64,000 nt of DNA from Lytechinus pictus. Lineage: Eukaryota. Position numbers and translations under genes: made by a program. The notes under the pieces are model-generated. The model saw only the letters and a list, made by a program, of their open reading frames with translations, had not been told where the DNA came from and made no database searches. The stretch is from contig NC_087245.1 of NCBI RefSeq assembly GCF_037042905.1, positions 18,168,001-18,232,000 of the forward strand. The letters run 5' to 3'. Shown in pieces: positions 1-13,307 of the stretch (positions are counted from its first letter, which is position 1; each line of letters begins with the position of its first letter).

Positions 1-582
1 TTTATTCTGTCATTATTTTTTATTCAAATTATTTTTTTTTTTGAGGGGGGAGGTGGTTAAAAAAATATCCCTTGAAAGGGCTGCTGTTTTCTAAAATTGC
101 TCATCAATCACTTTAAAGATAGAGAGGATGACAGACCTCTATTATGTTACCAATTACACCAGCATCATATAATTAGAAGGATGAGATCTTATTATTTTCT
201 TTTTAACCAATTATGATTGTTATGGATGTGTGCTTGAATAATGCCAGTCACTATTCTTGATTTGGCTACTGTTTAAAGTTCTTGAGCATGTGGCTTTCCT
301 TTTCGTTTTTTCAAATATTCTCACATCATGATTGGCAGTTTTCATGATTTGCAGTTACTGGATGGGGTGGGGGCTTTGATGGGTGTCAAAGACTTATATT
401 TCTAATATTCACCTTCTCCATACAGTGTACCTGTATTTATGAACAAAATGTACTGCATGGGCACTTAAAATTGTGGAGGTAGGCTTTACATCTTAATATA
501 AACTGCATCACTCAGTGTTGTGCACATGTACGAGTATAATTCATGTTAGTTGATAACACTGCTAATTGATTGATCTAATTAG

Positions 583-710
583 GTGGTGAGGACGACAGTG
601 AATAGCCTCAATAACCGCTTTCTGCCTTATGATGAGATCGAGACTGAAGCCATCTTGTCCCTGGATGATGATGCTCATCTGAGACATGACGAGATTCTCT
701 TTGGTTTCAG
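583..710 (+). CDS. EXTL3: EXTL3 internal exon (VVRTT...ILFGFR)
   Basis: AG at 581-582, GTAAC at 711; 128 nt; missed by the ORF track. Confidence 0.93.
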
Positions 711-3700
711 GTAACAAGAGTTACTCTGAATTATTGAAGTTAGGTATCTAGTTGTCTCAATGGCACTAACAAAGATTTGAAATGAGGACCATTGTTGCAT
801 ATTGCTCAACATAGCCACCAACCTGGATTGTTATTTGAAATTTGCAATTCATCTCAAATCATTGTGCTATGCGCTCTTGTGTTATCACTTTGATATCATT
901 AGGGACTTTTCAATCCATGGTGCAATGATGTACTCATTAATGTATCATTTAAATTAATGTTTATGATATTATCAATATATGAAGACCTTGTGCATCATGT
1001 CAAACAAGGAAGACATGTAAAGTTGACCTGCATGTCCATTTTGTTTTCTTCTGGATAACATTCATTATTTGAAGTGGGTTGTCCTTCGGGTATTGCATGT
1101 GTTAGCTGTTCTTGCTGTACTTGCTCAACTGCCTCATAGGCAACTCCACCAAAATGTTACACAGAGTTCACTATAAGGTAGTTGATCAAACATAAGCAAA
1201 GTGAAGACGACTGGAGAAATCATAAAGCTCTTTATTTGTTGCTGTGGGCCTAGAAGTTTTTTTTTTTAATTTAGAAAAGGATTGAATAATCATGTATGAT
1301 ATACATATATAAGAGGTTTCTTTCAGTATAATATGATAGTGACAAGAGCAATCTTCTAACTTTGTTATTCTATATGCTGGTGTATTTCAGGGGCCGTGGT
1401 ACGGTTCTTAAAGTGGGGGGGGGGGGGGCTGAGCCAAAAGTGGGGCGGGGGGCTGACCATGCAAAAAATCACAATCATATGGTCTTATTTACGTTTTTGT
1501 ACACGGTTTTGGAAAAAAGTGCCCCCCCCCCCCCCCCCCGCTTCCGCGGCCCCTGTATTGACCCATGGTTATGGCATAACAAGTTCATTTTAACTTATTT
1601 AGAATCATCATCTGGTCCAAAACATTTAAAAGTACTGATGAAGATTTCATATTGTCTGCTGAATAGCATAATAAAAGTTTAAAATTGGAAAGATGAGGCC
1701 TATAGATAATGAATTCTTTTATCACTGTTATTCTTATATTTCAAGAAAGAAGTGTGAATGATAGGAAAGGCCTAATCACTTGCTATTTGCTTTGTAAATC
1801 TTTCAGAGTGTGGCGAGAGTCTCGTGACCGGGTAGTAGGTTTCCCAGGTCGCTATCATGCTTGGGATCTCAACTATAAGAATGGATTCCTCTACAGTGCC
1901 AACTATTCCTGTGAACTCTCCATGGTTTTGACAGGTGCTGCCTTCTTCCATAAAGTAAGTATCTCCTTGTCATTAAAGGTATACTGAAGTGCGTCAATAT
2001 GGAACTTGCATTCAACAGTCAGGTCACAGGTCCCCGTGCTAATGAGAAATGGGCAAGATTCATTCAAATTCTCTCAGATCATGATTATATCCCCTTCCCT
2101 ATAAAAGCTTGTGAATTTCAAGACGATAATGTGACATTGGAGAAAGATTTAGAGCAGCAATGGCCAAATTAAGAGGTATTTTGATCCACACCCAGCTATT
2201 TCATTATGCAGAAATTCTTATGTCATGCTTATCAATTGGATGAAAGAAGCGAATTTTGAAGGATTTGCCCAGTGACTGTCGAGTGATGTGCGCTTGTTTG
2301 TAAACTTAACTGCTTCTTTTTCTTTAGAATTTTCAGCATTTTACCTTCTATCCTTCCTTCATGTTTTTTCTTTCTTTTGTTCTTTATATTTATCTGTTCT
2401 CTTGTTCTTTATTCACAACTTTAGCAAAGTCATATATTTGGGGGAGGCTATATAATGTAACATGATATCGTGATGACTCTAACTTTGAATTAGGAGTAGA
2501 AACTTTGCCAAGGAATAAAAAAATGAACTTTCACAGGGATAAAATCATTCAATACCCACTAACTGTCACATGAGAATGTAATACCTTTGTTTATATCCCT
2601 CTTTTCATTTTTTCCTCAGTATTACACCTATTTATACTCCTACATGATGCCCCAGCCCATCCGAGACAAGGTAGATGAATACATGAACTGTGAGGACATC
2701 GCAATGAACTTCCTCGTCTCACATGTGACTCGCAAACCACCTGTCAAGGTAGAGTATCTCAAACAAGCAAATTGTGATGCAAAGCTAGTTAATTACATAT
2801 GCAGCATGATGCAACATTTCAATGGCTAGGAGAAATATTAACCCAGCTTTAGTCCATCGAGTATTATCATTGGGTAATCTTGTGTCCCTTGAAATTTGGT
2901 CTCAAGAGGTGTGTCAGTCATTGATGCTGTTAGCTTTAGCCTTTAGCATTCACTGTACATACCTGCCAACCATTCCGATTTTGGCGGAATTATACCGATT
3001 TTTATACCTCCATTCCGAATTCCGAATTTTAAAACCCAAATTCCGATTTTTGGGTTAATCAATATAGTGTTGAAATTATTGAAACGGCTGTATGATGCGA
3101 CTAACGCATGCACGGCTCATATCAAAATGCGACTAACGCATTAACGACTGGAGCGCACGGCTACGCAAATGCGCTAGTTTTGCACAGAGAGCGACGTTAA
3201 ACGGCGCGCAAACACTGCTAAGTGCGCAGTTCCATTGCAAATGCATGTGAAAATGACGAGCGTACACGCTACGGCCGCACGTAGCGTTGACTTCCGGAAA
3301 AAAATGGCGGCTGACATCGGCTCGCGAAAGTGCCAGTTTTTAGTGAGGACATGTTTTCATAATCCACGAACATCGGAAAAACCGTGAAAAATACACTTTT
3401 TTAGACCCCTTGTTTCCTAACTACGATGTTAAAAATTAGCGGTGGTGATATTTTTGACTCGAAATATGGTGATTTAGGTAAGAAAATTTCACCTTTTATT
3501 TGAGGTTTTGCCCATGTCGCCAGAAGATTTTGTAGTGAGGGAGTGAGTTAGTGAATGTGCAGTGTATGTCTAGTGTGTTTGGTGATTTCAGTGGTATATT
3601 TCTGAGCTTCTGCGCTGCCTGCATGCATGCTGCAGCTGCCGAACGGCTGCACACCATACCCCCGCGCCGCCCGGCCAGCCGCGCACCGACGCTACTCTAA

Positions 3701-6700
3701 GTTAGATCTATCCCAACGCAATTTTAACATTGATCTGTACTTTATTTTTTGAATAGTTGTCAAATTTTTGAGGAAGAAAAGAGATTATCAAATTTCGATC
3801 TCAAGTTGAGCCTTCGGAGCCAAACGCCAAATCTACTTGCTTCGCTTGCCTAAGCTCCCGGCGCCCGCCGAGTTGCTGCGCCTCAGCCTCCCCGTCTTAG
3901 CTCACCAGCGCACCGCAAGTGCGCAGTGCGGGTCGGGCGCATGCAGCTGTTTAGTTTCGACTCCGTTTTTGTCATGGCTGAAAATCTGCTCTCTTATACC
4001 AACAAGCACTTATCCAATTTAGGTCTTGTCCTCAGTCAGTAACCCCTGTGCGGTGAAATAACATGAATATGATTGTCAATGTTTGGCTTATTTTCTCATG
4101 ATATAGGCTGGATAAATGTTTGATTTTTTGGCACGTCAGTTTTTCATACAGTAAGTTAGGCCCAACTTAGATCTAAATTCATCATAAAAATAGGCCTATG
4201 CCTTGGCCCATAACTCAATTGAATTATTGAAATTAATTTTTTCTAATTAAAAAGAGAATCTGTGGAGATGAAGATCTGCATCCATCTCACTTTCCACCAA
4301 TAGAGGGCTCTCAAAAATATATTCAAAATTAAAGTTTTTGAGAGCTCTGGTGAACAAGAAAAAATCATAGATTTAAATGAAAACAAATCACACCTGCATG
4401 AAACTGGGTGTTTTTTTGTCACAAAAGTGATATTTAAAGACCTTCTTTTAATTGACAAATGATATTTAATTACATAAAGGTAGATTATGAGGGTATATTT
4501 GCTTTAAAAAGTGTTGGGAAATGCGCTACTCTTACATGCTGAAAATGCAAAGAGCCCCTAGGCCTACCGTTAAAACGGGCCGGACACCCACTCGGTGCCC
4601 TCGTAGTATTGATACTGATTTTTTATTATCAAAGGTTGGCAGGTATGTTCACATATTGTAGTTCAAATAAGTTTGATAAAGAAGCAAAAACATAGATAAA
4701 AATGATATTACATTATTTTGCATCATCTTTTTTTATCTTATGCACAAATTAATGAGCTACATGTACATGTATTAAGCATGCATGTGGGTTTTGTGGCAAG
4801 ATTATTCTCCCTTTTTTTGAAATAATAATATGTGCCTCCACCTGCCATTTCTTTTTAATCATATAAAAAGTGAATTGATGAAAATCCATATTTTATTGTG
4901 TTAAATAGACATCAGAAATGAAATACTCCGAACATTTTGTTTTGCCCAATTGATCGTGGGCCCGGCAGCCGTACGTGCAACGCCAGATCGACGAGGCTCT
5001 ATCCCTTTAATTGTTGAACACCAAACAGGGTAGCAGCAACTCCCACCTTTTAACGTCTTTTGGTCTGACGCGGCCGGGGTTTGAACTCCCGACCTCCCGG
5101 TTGTGAGACGGATGCTCTATCAACTAAGCCAACAATTTGCTAAAGCTTCCTTTTACCTAGGCCATGAAAGTGATAAATGATGTTGATACATCCTAGCAAG
5201 GATAACCCTAATGCAGAAGTAGCAAACCTGTTTTAATCATTTATATTCTTATGTGCCACTCTCATGAACCCAAATTCTCATTTAAATAGCTAATATAAGA
5301 ATGAGAGAGGTCCTCCTTTCTGTAGGAAATTGTAAAGTATCCTTAGGGCATTTAATAAAAATACCAACTATGTTCCCAGTTGGTGAATAAATTTGCTGTT
5401 TCAGATGGAATGTTTTTTGGTATTCCTGATCATGTATTTTTAAATGTGAATACTAACATGCTCATTTTTACAAGTCTTTTCCTAAAACCATTTCTTCTCT
5501 CATTTCAACAAAACTTGAGCCTGTTTTCTTTGGTTATTGAGCAAGTGGCAAGATTTATAGCTTCATGATTTATGCAAGCTTTCCATTGATACTAAATCTT
5601 CATCATCTGATTAGAAAATCCATACAATAGTGAAAAGAAAAGGAATCAACTTTTGACCTGTCCCTGGAGTCTTTTATAAAAGGTCTCCTTTCACATAGGT
5701 GCTATGATTCATAGCTCCTAACAATGAACTTGAACCTGTGTATTGTTGATGAGGAAGGTTTTATCCATTCTCCCCTTCTCTCTTTCAGTTCACTTCTCGT
5801 GTATTGTGGGTATGGATATATCTCATGGTGTATTGATTTTTTTTTATTTATTTACATGTACTTGTAAAGAAGATACATGGAACAAATTTATCCCATTTTA
5901 TTGTATCTATAAAGGCATCTCCTTGGTGGGTCCTAAATGAGATGAATTGTAAAGCGGATACATGGAACAAAAATTATCCCATCCCATGTAATGGTGCAAA
6001 GTAAATGCACAAAGAGTATACCGTAAGTAACGGTGTATTAACCGCACCTTTTTCTCGGCGGGTCAGAATCAAAAGTCGGGGGTGCGGTTTATACACGGTG
6101 ACAGGTCTGAGCCAAGCCAATCTCAGCCCGATACCACTACCAGTTTTCAACTCGCGTCGGGTGGCCGAGCGTAGCCGCTTGGGGCAATCCCGTTTAGAGG
6201 GGTATGAGCCGCGGGTATAAAAGGGAAGCAACTATGACTACCGGTATCTGCCGTAAATGTCCCTCAAAGTTATATCACGGTAACAAACGCACCTACCTTC
6301 ATGAAACTGACTTTTTTTAATGGTGTGACTCTGTCTTTGTTGTCATTTTTTAGTCATCGCGGCAAAGTTCAGACGCCAATCGATCGCACAGCGCGGTGCA
6401 GCTAGCCGAATAAGACATGCATGTGTAATGTTTATCGCAACGTCAACGTAAGCTGGCGCTTTACCTTTCCGTGGAAGTTATTTTGTTTGAAAAATTATTG
6501 GTATTATTTGACAATTAATTTCTTTCATTTGCCTTTCCTTCATTTCTCTCTATCATCCATCATCTCAAAATCAATCTTCAATCCCCATCTTCACTCCTTC
6601 CGACTTTTTACTTTTAATTATTATTCACTTTATTCCCGCCCAGAGCTCCCATTGAAAATACGGTATACCGGTACTAGCATTTTTTTTCCTATTTTGCTGT

Positions 6701-9268
6701 CTGTAAGATACCGCCACACACGTACTGAGAACTACCGGTAGTGGTTCAAAGCAGACAAGAAAAACACCTGAACAAAATCGCAAATTTCTCGTATCTTGAA
6801 CCTTCCCGTATTCCCTTGTCTAAAATTCATGTCAAGACATTGAATGCTAGACAGAATTCTGAAAGCAAAAGTGGGGCTGTGATGCAGGAAATATGATATG
6901 AACGATCTTCTCGTATGGGTGAGCCCCCATGTTGATGCTGGTATCGGTACTTGCAATGAACACCGGTACCATATGTGTGTGTGTGAGGTGACTCGGAGTG
7001 TGGAAGTGGCCAATAATATCGGCAACTTGCAAATAAGTGACGAAGCGCTGATTTCCCATCATTTTTTACCAGTAATTCTTCGATATTTTTTGGTTCTTGA
7101 CTCTTTCTTAAATACGCATATTAGAGATAGAAAGTAAGTTTGATTAAATTTTTTTTTTTTTGATTTTTTTTTTTTAAATGATTCTTTTTAATTTTTTTTT
7201 TCCATCCGAAAATGGGGGGTGCGGTTAATACTAGGGTGTCTGAAGCCACACTGAAAAGTGTCAGCATAAAACAGGCTAATTTAGGGGAAAATATGGCACA
7301 TTTTTTCGGGGAAGTTCAGGCTACTAGAAAAATGTGATCTGAATTGATTATTAACTTGTGTTTGGCATGTATGGAAAGAGAAAATTCAGGGGCTTCTTTT
7401 GACAGTAAGGACAAGTTTATATGACCATTTTAAATAAGGATTTAGAGATAAATTGCAAACCCTTATTTTTGTGTGTGTTGAGATTGCCATTTCTCCATGC
7501 GTTTTCTATGGGAAAATGAAATTTCTGTTTTGCACAATTTTTTTCACTTTGTCGCAATTTTTCATTGTGATCTGGTTTCCAAATCTTTATAAAAATCATG
7601 CCATCAGATAGAGCATAAAAAATCCTATTGGACTCTTTATGGACAAGTTTTTGGCATTAATAATAAATTTATAACAGCTCTCGGAAGCTAAAAATTTGGA
7701 TTTGTGTGTGTCCATTTCTTAACTACACAGTCTATGGCAGAGAAATGCTGAAAATTTACCTAATTTCATTCTTCTTTTTTGCAGCCAATAATTTGATTTT
7801 TTTCAAAAATGTTACATTTCTGTCAGTCTGAAGGTCATTTCTCTTCAAATTCACAAAGAAAATGTGATATTTTCTTGAAATAAGAAAAATATTTTTTTTT
7901 CTCCAGACACCCTATTAATACACGGGTGCGGTTAATACACCGTTACTTACGGTAAGTGCGACGGGGGAAATGAAGTTTATGTTCCCTTACTAATTGACTA
8001 TGCCCAAGATAACTTGTGCTAGGGTTTATTGAAATCACCACTTTTACAATTGGCCATTATTTGCATGCTATCTGTGCATGAACAAATAACACTGAACCAT
8101 TAAAATTAAAACCTATTGCAAACATTCAAACAGCTGTTCAATTGGATAACTTGTCTGTGTAAGCTGATGGTGGGCCTCAATGAAATATGCACATAAATTT
8201 GAAATCGACTAACATTTTATTGTGGACTCATATATTTTATGATACCAAGTGGAGTGTATTCTTAAAAGCAATTCATGAGACACCTCTGTCACTTCTGGAT
8301 TGTGTATTCTATAAAGTGCTTCTATGGACACATTCATGCATGTATATTTTGGTGTTTATATAGTGCCTTTCCATTACAAAATGCCCAAAGTGCTTTGCTA
8401 TATATAAAGTATGAAATGAAACAAAATTAAATTCTGATCTCCAAGTCCATGCAATATTTGTAAAAGGGATGAGAGAAAAAAACACAGCTCTTGTGAAACT
8501 TATGCTCTTTGGGCCTTTCTTTGCAAACAAAGAGGGTCTGTTGTTAAATGCAATGAATACCAGGATTTTTGGAATGTAAAAGTGGAGTCAGTTTATTTAT
8601 AGACATCAGGGTTCCTAGCCCATCAGGGAAATCAGGGAATTTGATAAAAAATACCTCATATCAGGGGAAAATGCCTCAAATGAGGGAAAAATCAGGAAAC
8701 GTTGATCGGCCCAAAAGTCGAAAGCACGGTAGTCGGTCAGACTCTGTTATATTTTTTTGCATATCAAAACAACATCCATTGAATGACTGGTCATGGTGGT
8801 TTTTTAGTGTAGCCTCTTTGACTGCAGTACAGTTTTTATACTGAAAATACATGTAATTCACTGCAACATCTTAGAAAACATGCGAAACTGGGAATGGGTT
8901 TAAATAATTATCAGGGAATTTTTAAACTTCATCAGGGAAAAATCAGGGAATTTATTTTCTTGAAAAGCTGGGAACCCCGAGACATGTAATTTGATATTTG
9001 GGGTATTTGAGGCATGACTACCATCAACTGATATTCTTGATCTTGTTCTCCTTCCTAGGTGACATCACGTTGGACATTCCGGTGTGCAGGATGCCCTGAA
9101 GCACTGTCTATGGATGACTCTCACTTCCAGGAGAGGCACAAGTGCATTCAATTCTTCACCAAGGTGTATGGTTATACACCGCTCCTCTTCACACAGTACA
9201 GGGTGGACTCGGTGTTATTCAAGACCCGTATTCCTCATGACAAGCAAAAGTGTTTTAAATTCATCTAA
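583..9268 (+). CDS. EXTL3: Exostosin-like 3 glycosyltransferase, 3' part; join(583..710,1807..1954,2620..2748,9059..9268); 5' exons lie before the window
   Basis: Four GT-AG exons splice in frame to [63 protein letters not shown]...[11 protein letters not shown]...VTSRWTFRC...KCFKFI*, recognisable as the EXTL3 C-terminal GT64 domain with DDD (DxD) motif. Confidence 0.96.
1388..1555. mobile_element. Short MITE, CAGGGGCCG TIRs, poly-G/poly-C arms
   Basis: CAGGGGCCGTGG ... CCGCGGCCCCTG; flanks TATTT/TATTG; inverted copy at 15608..15770. Confidence 0.8.
1807..1954 (+). CDS. EXTL3: EXTL3 internal exon (VWRESRD...AAFFHK)
   Basis: TTTCAG acceptor, GTAAGT donor; phase matches neighbours. Confidence 0.95.
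2620..2748 (+). CDS. EXTL3: EXTL3 internal exon (YYTYLY...RKPPVK)
   Basis: Polypyrimidine CAG acceptor, GTAGAG donor; NCEDIAMNF motif. Confidence 0.95.
2958..4647. mobile_element. Non-autonomous DNA transposon (about 1.7 kb) in EXTL3 last intron
   Basis: 14-bp perfect TIR CATACCTGCCAACC / GGTTGGCAGGTATG; GC/CpG-rich interior; no clear TSD. Confidence 0.75.
4950..5133 (-). mobile_element. tRNA-derived SINE fragment
   Basis: Minus strand reads TGGCTTAGTTGA (A box) ... GAGTTCAAACC (B box) then non-tRNA body; left end approximate. Confidence 0.7.
6021..7952. mobile_element. Tc1/mariner (pogo/Tigger-like) non-autonomous element
   Basis: 28-bp perfect TIR CCGTAAGTAACGGTGTATTAACCGCACC, TA on both sides, subterminal GGTGCGGTT repeats. 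Confidence 0.85.
7232..7914. mobile_element. Nested hAT-like element
   Basis: TIR TAGGGTGTCTG / CAGACACCCTA; 7-bp TSD TTAATAC. Confidence 0.85.
8607..8979. mobile_element. MITE with CAGGGTTCC termini
   Basis: CAGGGTTCCTAGC / GCTGGGAACCCCG; 6-bp TSD AGACAT; repeated TCAGGGAA subterminal motifs. Confidence 0.8.
9059..9268 (+). CDS. EXTL3: EXTL3 terminal coding exon (VTSRWTFRC...CFKFI*)
   Basis: CCTAG acceptor, TAA stop; typical EXTL3 C-terminus. Confidence 0.96.
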   Translation: MTSRWTFRCAGCPEALSMDDSHFQERHKCIQFFTKVYGYTPLLFTQYRVDSVLFKTRIPHDKQKCFKFI

Positions 9269-9759
9269 TAGCGGTCGGTTTTTAATGGGAACAGCAGCTA
9301 CGCACCACTTCTAGATATACAATGTGTCACAGGAAAAGGAATTAATTTTCAGATAGAATCTTAACTATTTTCATCAATTTTCTTGGCTATTTTCAATCTT
9401 TTTTTTAATTATTTTCTTTCATGACAGTATCAATGAGTTACATGTAGGTTAGAAATATAATTCTTTGTCTTTTCCAGCTCTATTATTATTTTGTATAAAT
9501 TTAGGTAAAATATTTTGTTTGGAGTTAAGAAATCCACTTTACTTCACACATGAACTTCAGCTGATAGTTACAACTCAGATTTTTTTTTTTGGCAACTCAC
9601 ATTGTTGTATTATAAATTAAAAGGTTATCATAAGTCATGTTTCTTTTTAAATAAATGGTTGTAAGAGAGAGATTTGGGGTGAATATACTGCAGTCAGAGT
9701 TAGACTTTAGATTGAAAATTCTATGCATGGACTTTATTTGCTGAGCCTCGTCACACAAA

Positions 9760-10163
9760 AGCCCAAATTCACAAAGGTGGTTTTTCAAACCATTTAACCC
9801 ATGGTTTATGTAGATTTCCTGTATAAATTACACTTATTTACTGCATATATGTAAAAATGTCCAATGCTGATGCGCACTTTTGTCACAGTACGCCAAATTG
9901 ATGCCTGTTGCCGTGGTTATCCACTTTATTTTATTCATGAGTCCACTGTTTTAAATTAATGAGTTCACTCTTCAAACAGTGAACTCATGAATGAAGTAGC
10001 ATGGATAACCATGGTAACAGGCACTGCGCACTGTGACAAAAGCATGCATCAGCATTTGACATTTTTTAATACACGTGGTAAATAAGCGTAATTTATACAG
10101 GAAATCTGCATAAACGATGGGTTCAACCGATGGTTTTAAAAACCACCTTTGTGAATTTGGGCC
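9760..10163. mobile_element. Fold-back MITE (PIF/Harbinger-like termini)
   Basis: GCCCAAATTCACAAAGGTGGTTTT / AAAACCACCTTTGTGAATTTGGGC, self-complementary almost to the centre. Confidence 0.85.
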
Positions 10164-13100
10164 AAAGAGTTTTAATCAAACATATCTCAAAACACAATTA
10201 AGTGCAAGTTGATTTTCAACCGATCAGAAATGAGTATAATTTGAATAAACTTTCAAGTTGCATTTAAAAGCAATTTAATCTGAGACAGGTCTTCAGTCTT
10301 GCTTTGGTTTTAATAGAAGAAATAATGTGGGACAATCAATAAATTTAAAATTCAATCTATCCTTTAATTCGAATGGGTCTGTGTAAAAAAATGTGAGAGA
10401 TTAGAATAATATCAAAGGGTTTTATTAAGACAAATTCTAATGTATTATAGTATCAATTGTAAAAATAATGTTTCTCTTCACTCTTTGTGAAGTCACTAAA
10501 ATTACCTTGTGAAGCACCCTTCAGAATTGATTATGTAATATGATATATCTTTATAATAATCGTATTTGTATTTTTAATATTAAGGTTTATAATCAGTACT
10601 AATAGCATTCAAATTGCCGGTTGTAAAGGTTTTCATATGTGATGTTCATCATATGCATGTAGGTGATGGTATTTTTATTTTTCTTCATTATTTGGGAATC
10701 GTTCTGGACATAACATTTTTTCTTGGTACATGAAGTCATGGGATTCAATTTCCTCTCAATCATGTTCTTGTGAGTGTCCAGACAGGTACATGTATACATA
10801 AATGGACTGGTTAGTATTAAACTAGATGTAATTCCAATCTAATTTTTATGGTATTTACCGACTGTTCTAGGCCCCCCCCCAAAAAAAAAAGAGGAAAATT
10901 TCTCATACAAATACACATATTTGTAGTGAAAACAAGCAACCTGTTTTCATAATAATTACTTTGGGGGTTCAATAGACTATCGATACTAATTTTTCCCTAT
11001 TTATTGTAACAGTTAAGCTTGTGATTAAAACACCCTGTCTGGAGGAAATTGATGTTGATTTCATTTGTATTTAAAACCCTTCTCTGACTCACTGGGGCAA
11101 TTTCATTGATTTGAAATGCAAAACACCCTTTCACGTAGATATTGTTCGCTACCATAATTAAATGCTGTTTTGTGACATGTGAAATAAGTAAAATCTTCAT
11201 CCCGTCACATTATTTCAAAATTTGCATGTACTTGTATTTATCTATGGGGGCATTGCAATAAACTTTTAATTGAATGCAAGTCAATCTTATTTCAGGTCCC
11301 AAAGTCAGTCATATGATTTGCAATTGATCATTGTTGGTCTGGTTCTCATGACAGAAAGTATGAATTTGATTGCCCTTGTTCAAAATCGATCTATTATTTG
11401 TAAAGTCGCAGTTTGTAATATTTTCAACCAATTACATAAAATTTTACTTCCACACCTCCTAAATGTTGTATGGTTTTGATGATGACAATGATTGCATAAT
11501 CAAACATAACTTCTTTTCAGTGGTTTGTGAAAAAAAAAGTAAATAATGATTTAATGTGATTTGGTCTCTGTCACAAAATAGAAATTAGTATACACAGTCA
11601 GTATCTACAATTGATTATTACATTGTGTACATGGCTTGCAATTGATTTGGAGTTATTTTTGATTCTCCAATTAATTGTATTTTTCATATCACAGGGCTCG
11701 GGTAGTGCCTCGTTTCTTTGTTCATTCTGCAAATGGACATACACCCCAAAATCTGTTTGTGTATTTTAATCAATGATCATAATGTAATATTATTTATTAC
11801 ATGCAGTTTGTTTTTATTATTATTTTTCTGTGATAAATCATACTTCAGCATTCGGCTATTAAGATTATCAAATCAACAATTTTACAGATTCTTGAACGAT
11901 ATTTGTAATTATGTTATTGTAAGTATCTTTAGTTTAGCTTTTAAAAAAGTTGATAAGGGGAATGCATTGCCGTTGAGATTTCTGTATAACTGTTATCATG
12001 CAGTAGTCACAATTTGAAAATGCATGAATACAAGTAAATTCTGCAATTGTTCTGGTTTTTGAAGATTTGTAGGCTGAAATATATATGATTCTTTTCTTTT
12101 CTCATTTTTTCCAATCAAGTCATTGCAAAAGTTATTACACAAAAAAGTATTATTGATTGGTACTTCAAAAGTACAGTGAAATTTAAAATAGAATCATTTT
12201 GAGATGTTGATTAAGAAATGCAAATGTATTTATTTCTGCTAAAGCATTGTATTGGCTGAAATTGAAGAAGAAAAAAAAACAGTCAAGAAATAAGTAGCAG
12301 TACAGATGTATGTTGAATCATGTTTATTTTATTTTCTTTTTGCTCATAGCTAACTGTTATACCAAAGCATTTGTTGTTTTATATGAATATATTTTGTTTT
12401 GAGAAGTTGTATTAAATCTTGAAATGTTTAAAACCACAGGAATATGATGCATCTATGGCTTTTTGCAAAAAAAAAGTATGTCCTGAATTCTTATCTGCAT
12501 GAGAAGAAAGAAACACAACTGTGTTCTTGAATGGTACATGTATGGTGGTTGCCAGTTGCGAAGTAATTATCCAGACTCTGAGAGCCCTGTTTAATATTTG
12601 AACGTTTATTTTCATTTTGTGGAAAAAATATACATTAAAAAGCTCATTTAGCAAGAGATGGGGGCATTATTCATATGAAATATACTGTCATGTTTCTTAT
12701 CCCTCTATACATTCTCTTTCTTAGGAGAAAGTTTTAAAATAGACAACATATCACATATGAGAATTGACGCATTAAAAGTTTGCTCTATCAGCTGTGTTCT
12801 TTACAAGAAAACTGTCACACTGAAGTCAGCTGCCGGGTGTAGCTGTTAGTTGATGTATGATGTTTCTACAGCAAGAGTGTATTGAGAATTAAAGCCTAAT
12901 TTTATTAGACCCTTTTCTGATACAAAAATGATCAGTTATTATAATTTAGCAAATAATGAGAGGGGTCGTACATGGTAGAGAAAGGCGAGATTGGGTATAC
13001 ATTCACAAAAAAAATCAATTACAAAGTGGGAAAAGCCACTATAGGCCTATTGAGAAGGGGTACTAACACTGATAAAATGGAAGACCTGGGACCAAAGAGA

Positions 13101-13307
13101 TAAATACATTTCATAATATACGATTTGAATGAGAAAGGAAGAGGGAAATATTTGAAATAAGGACAAGCCTCCTTCAAAGCAACCAATGTTATCATCCTTG
13201 GATGTATCTCACTTATTACCTTTCATAACTGTTTTTTTTTTTGTCACCATGCATAATATCTGTAGGTTGTTTAATGTTATGTCTTATTTGTAATTGAACA
13301 CCTTTAA

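Noticed and set aside
1362..1682. Gly/Pro-rich ORFs here and at 15369..15857 and 62770..63218
   Set aside because: Produced by poly-G/poly-C tracts of MITEs.
2958..7952. Transposase genes within the larger TIR elements
   Set aside because: No long ORF or recognisable DDE motif; elements are non-autonomous.
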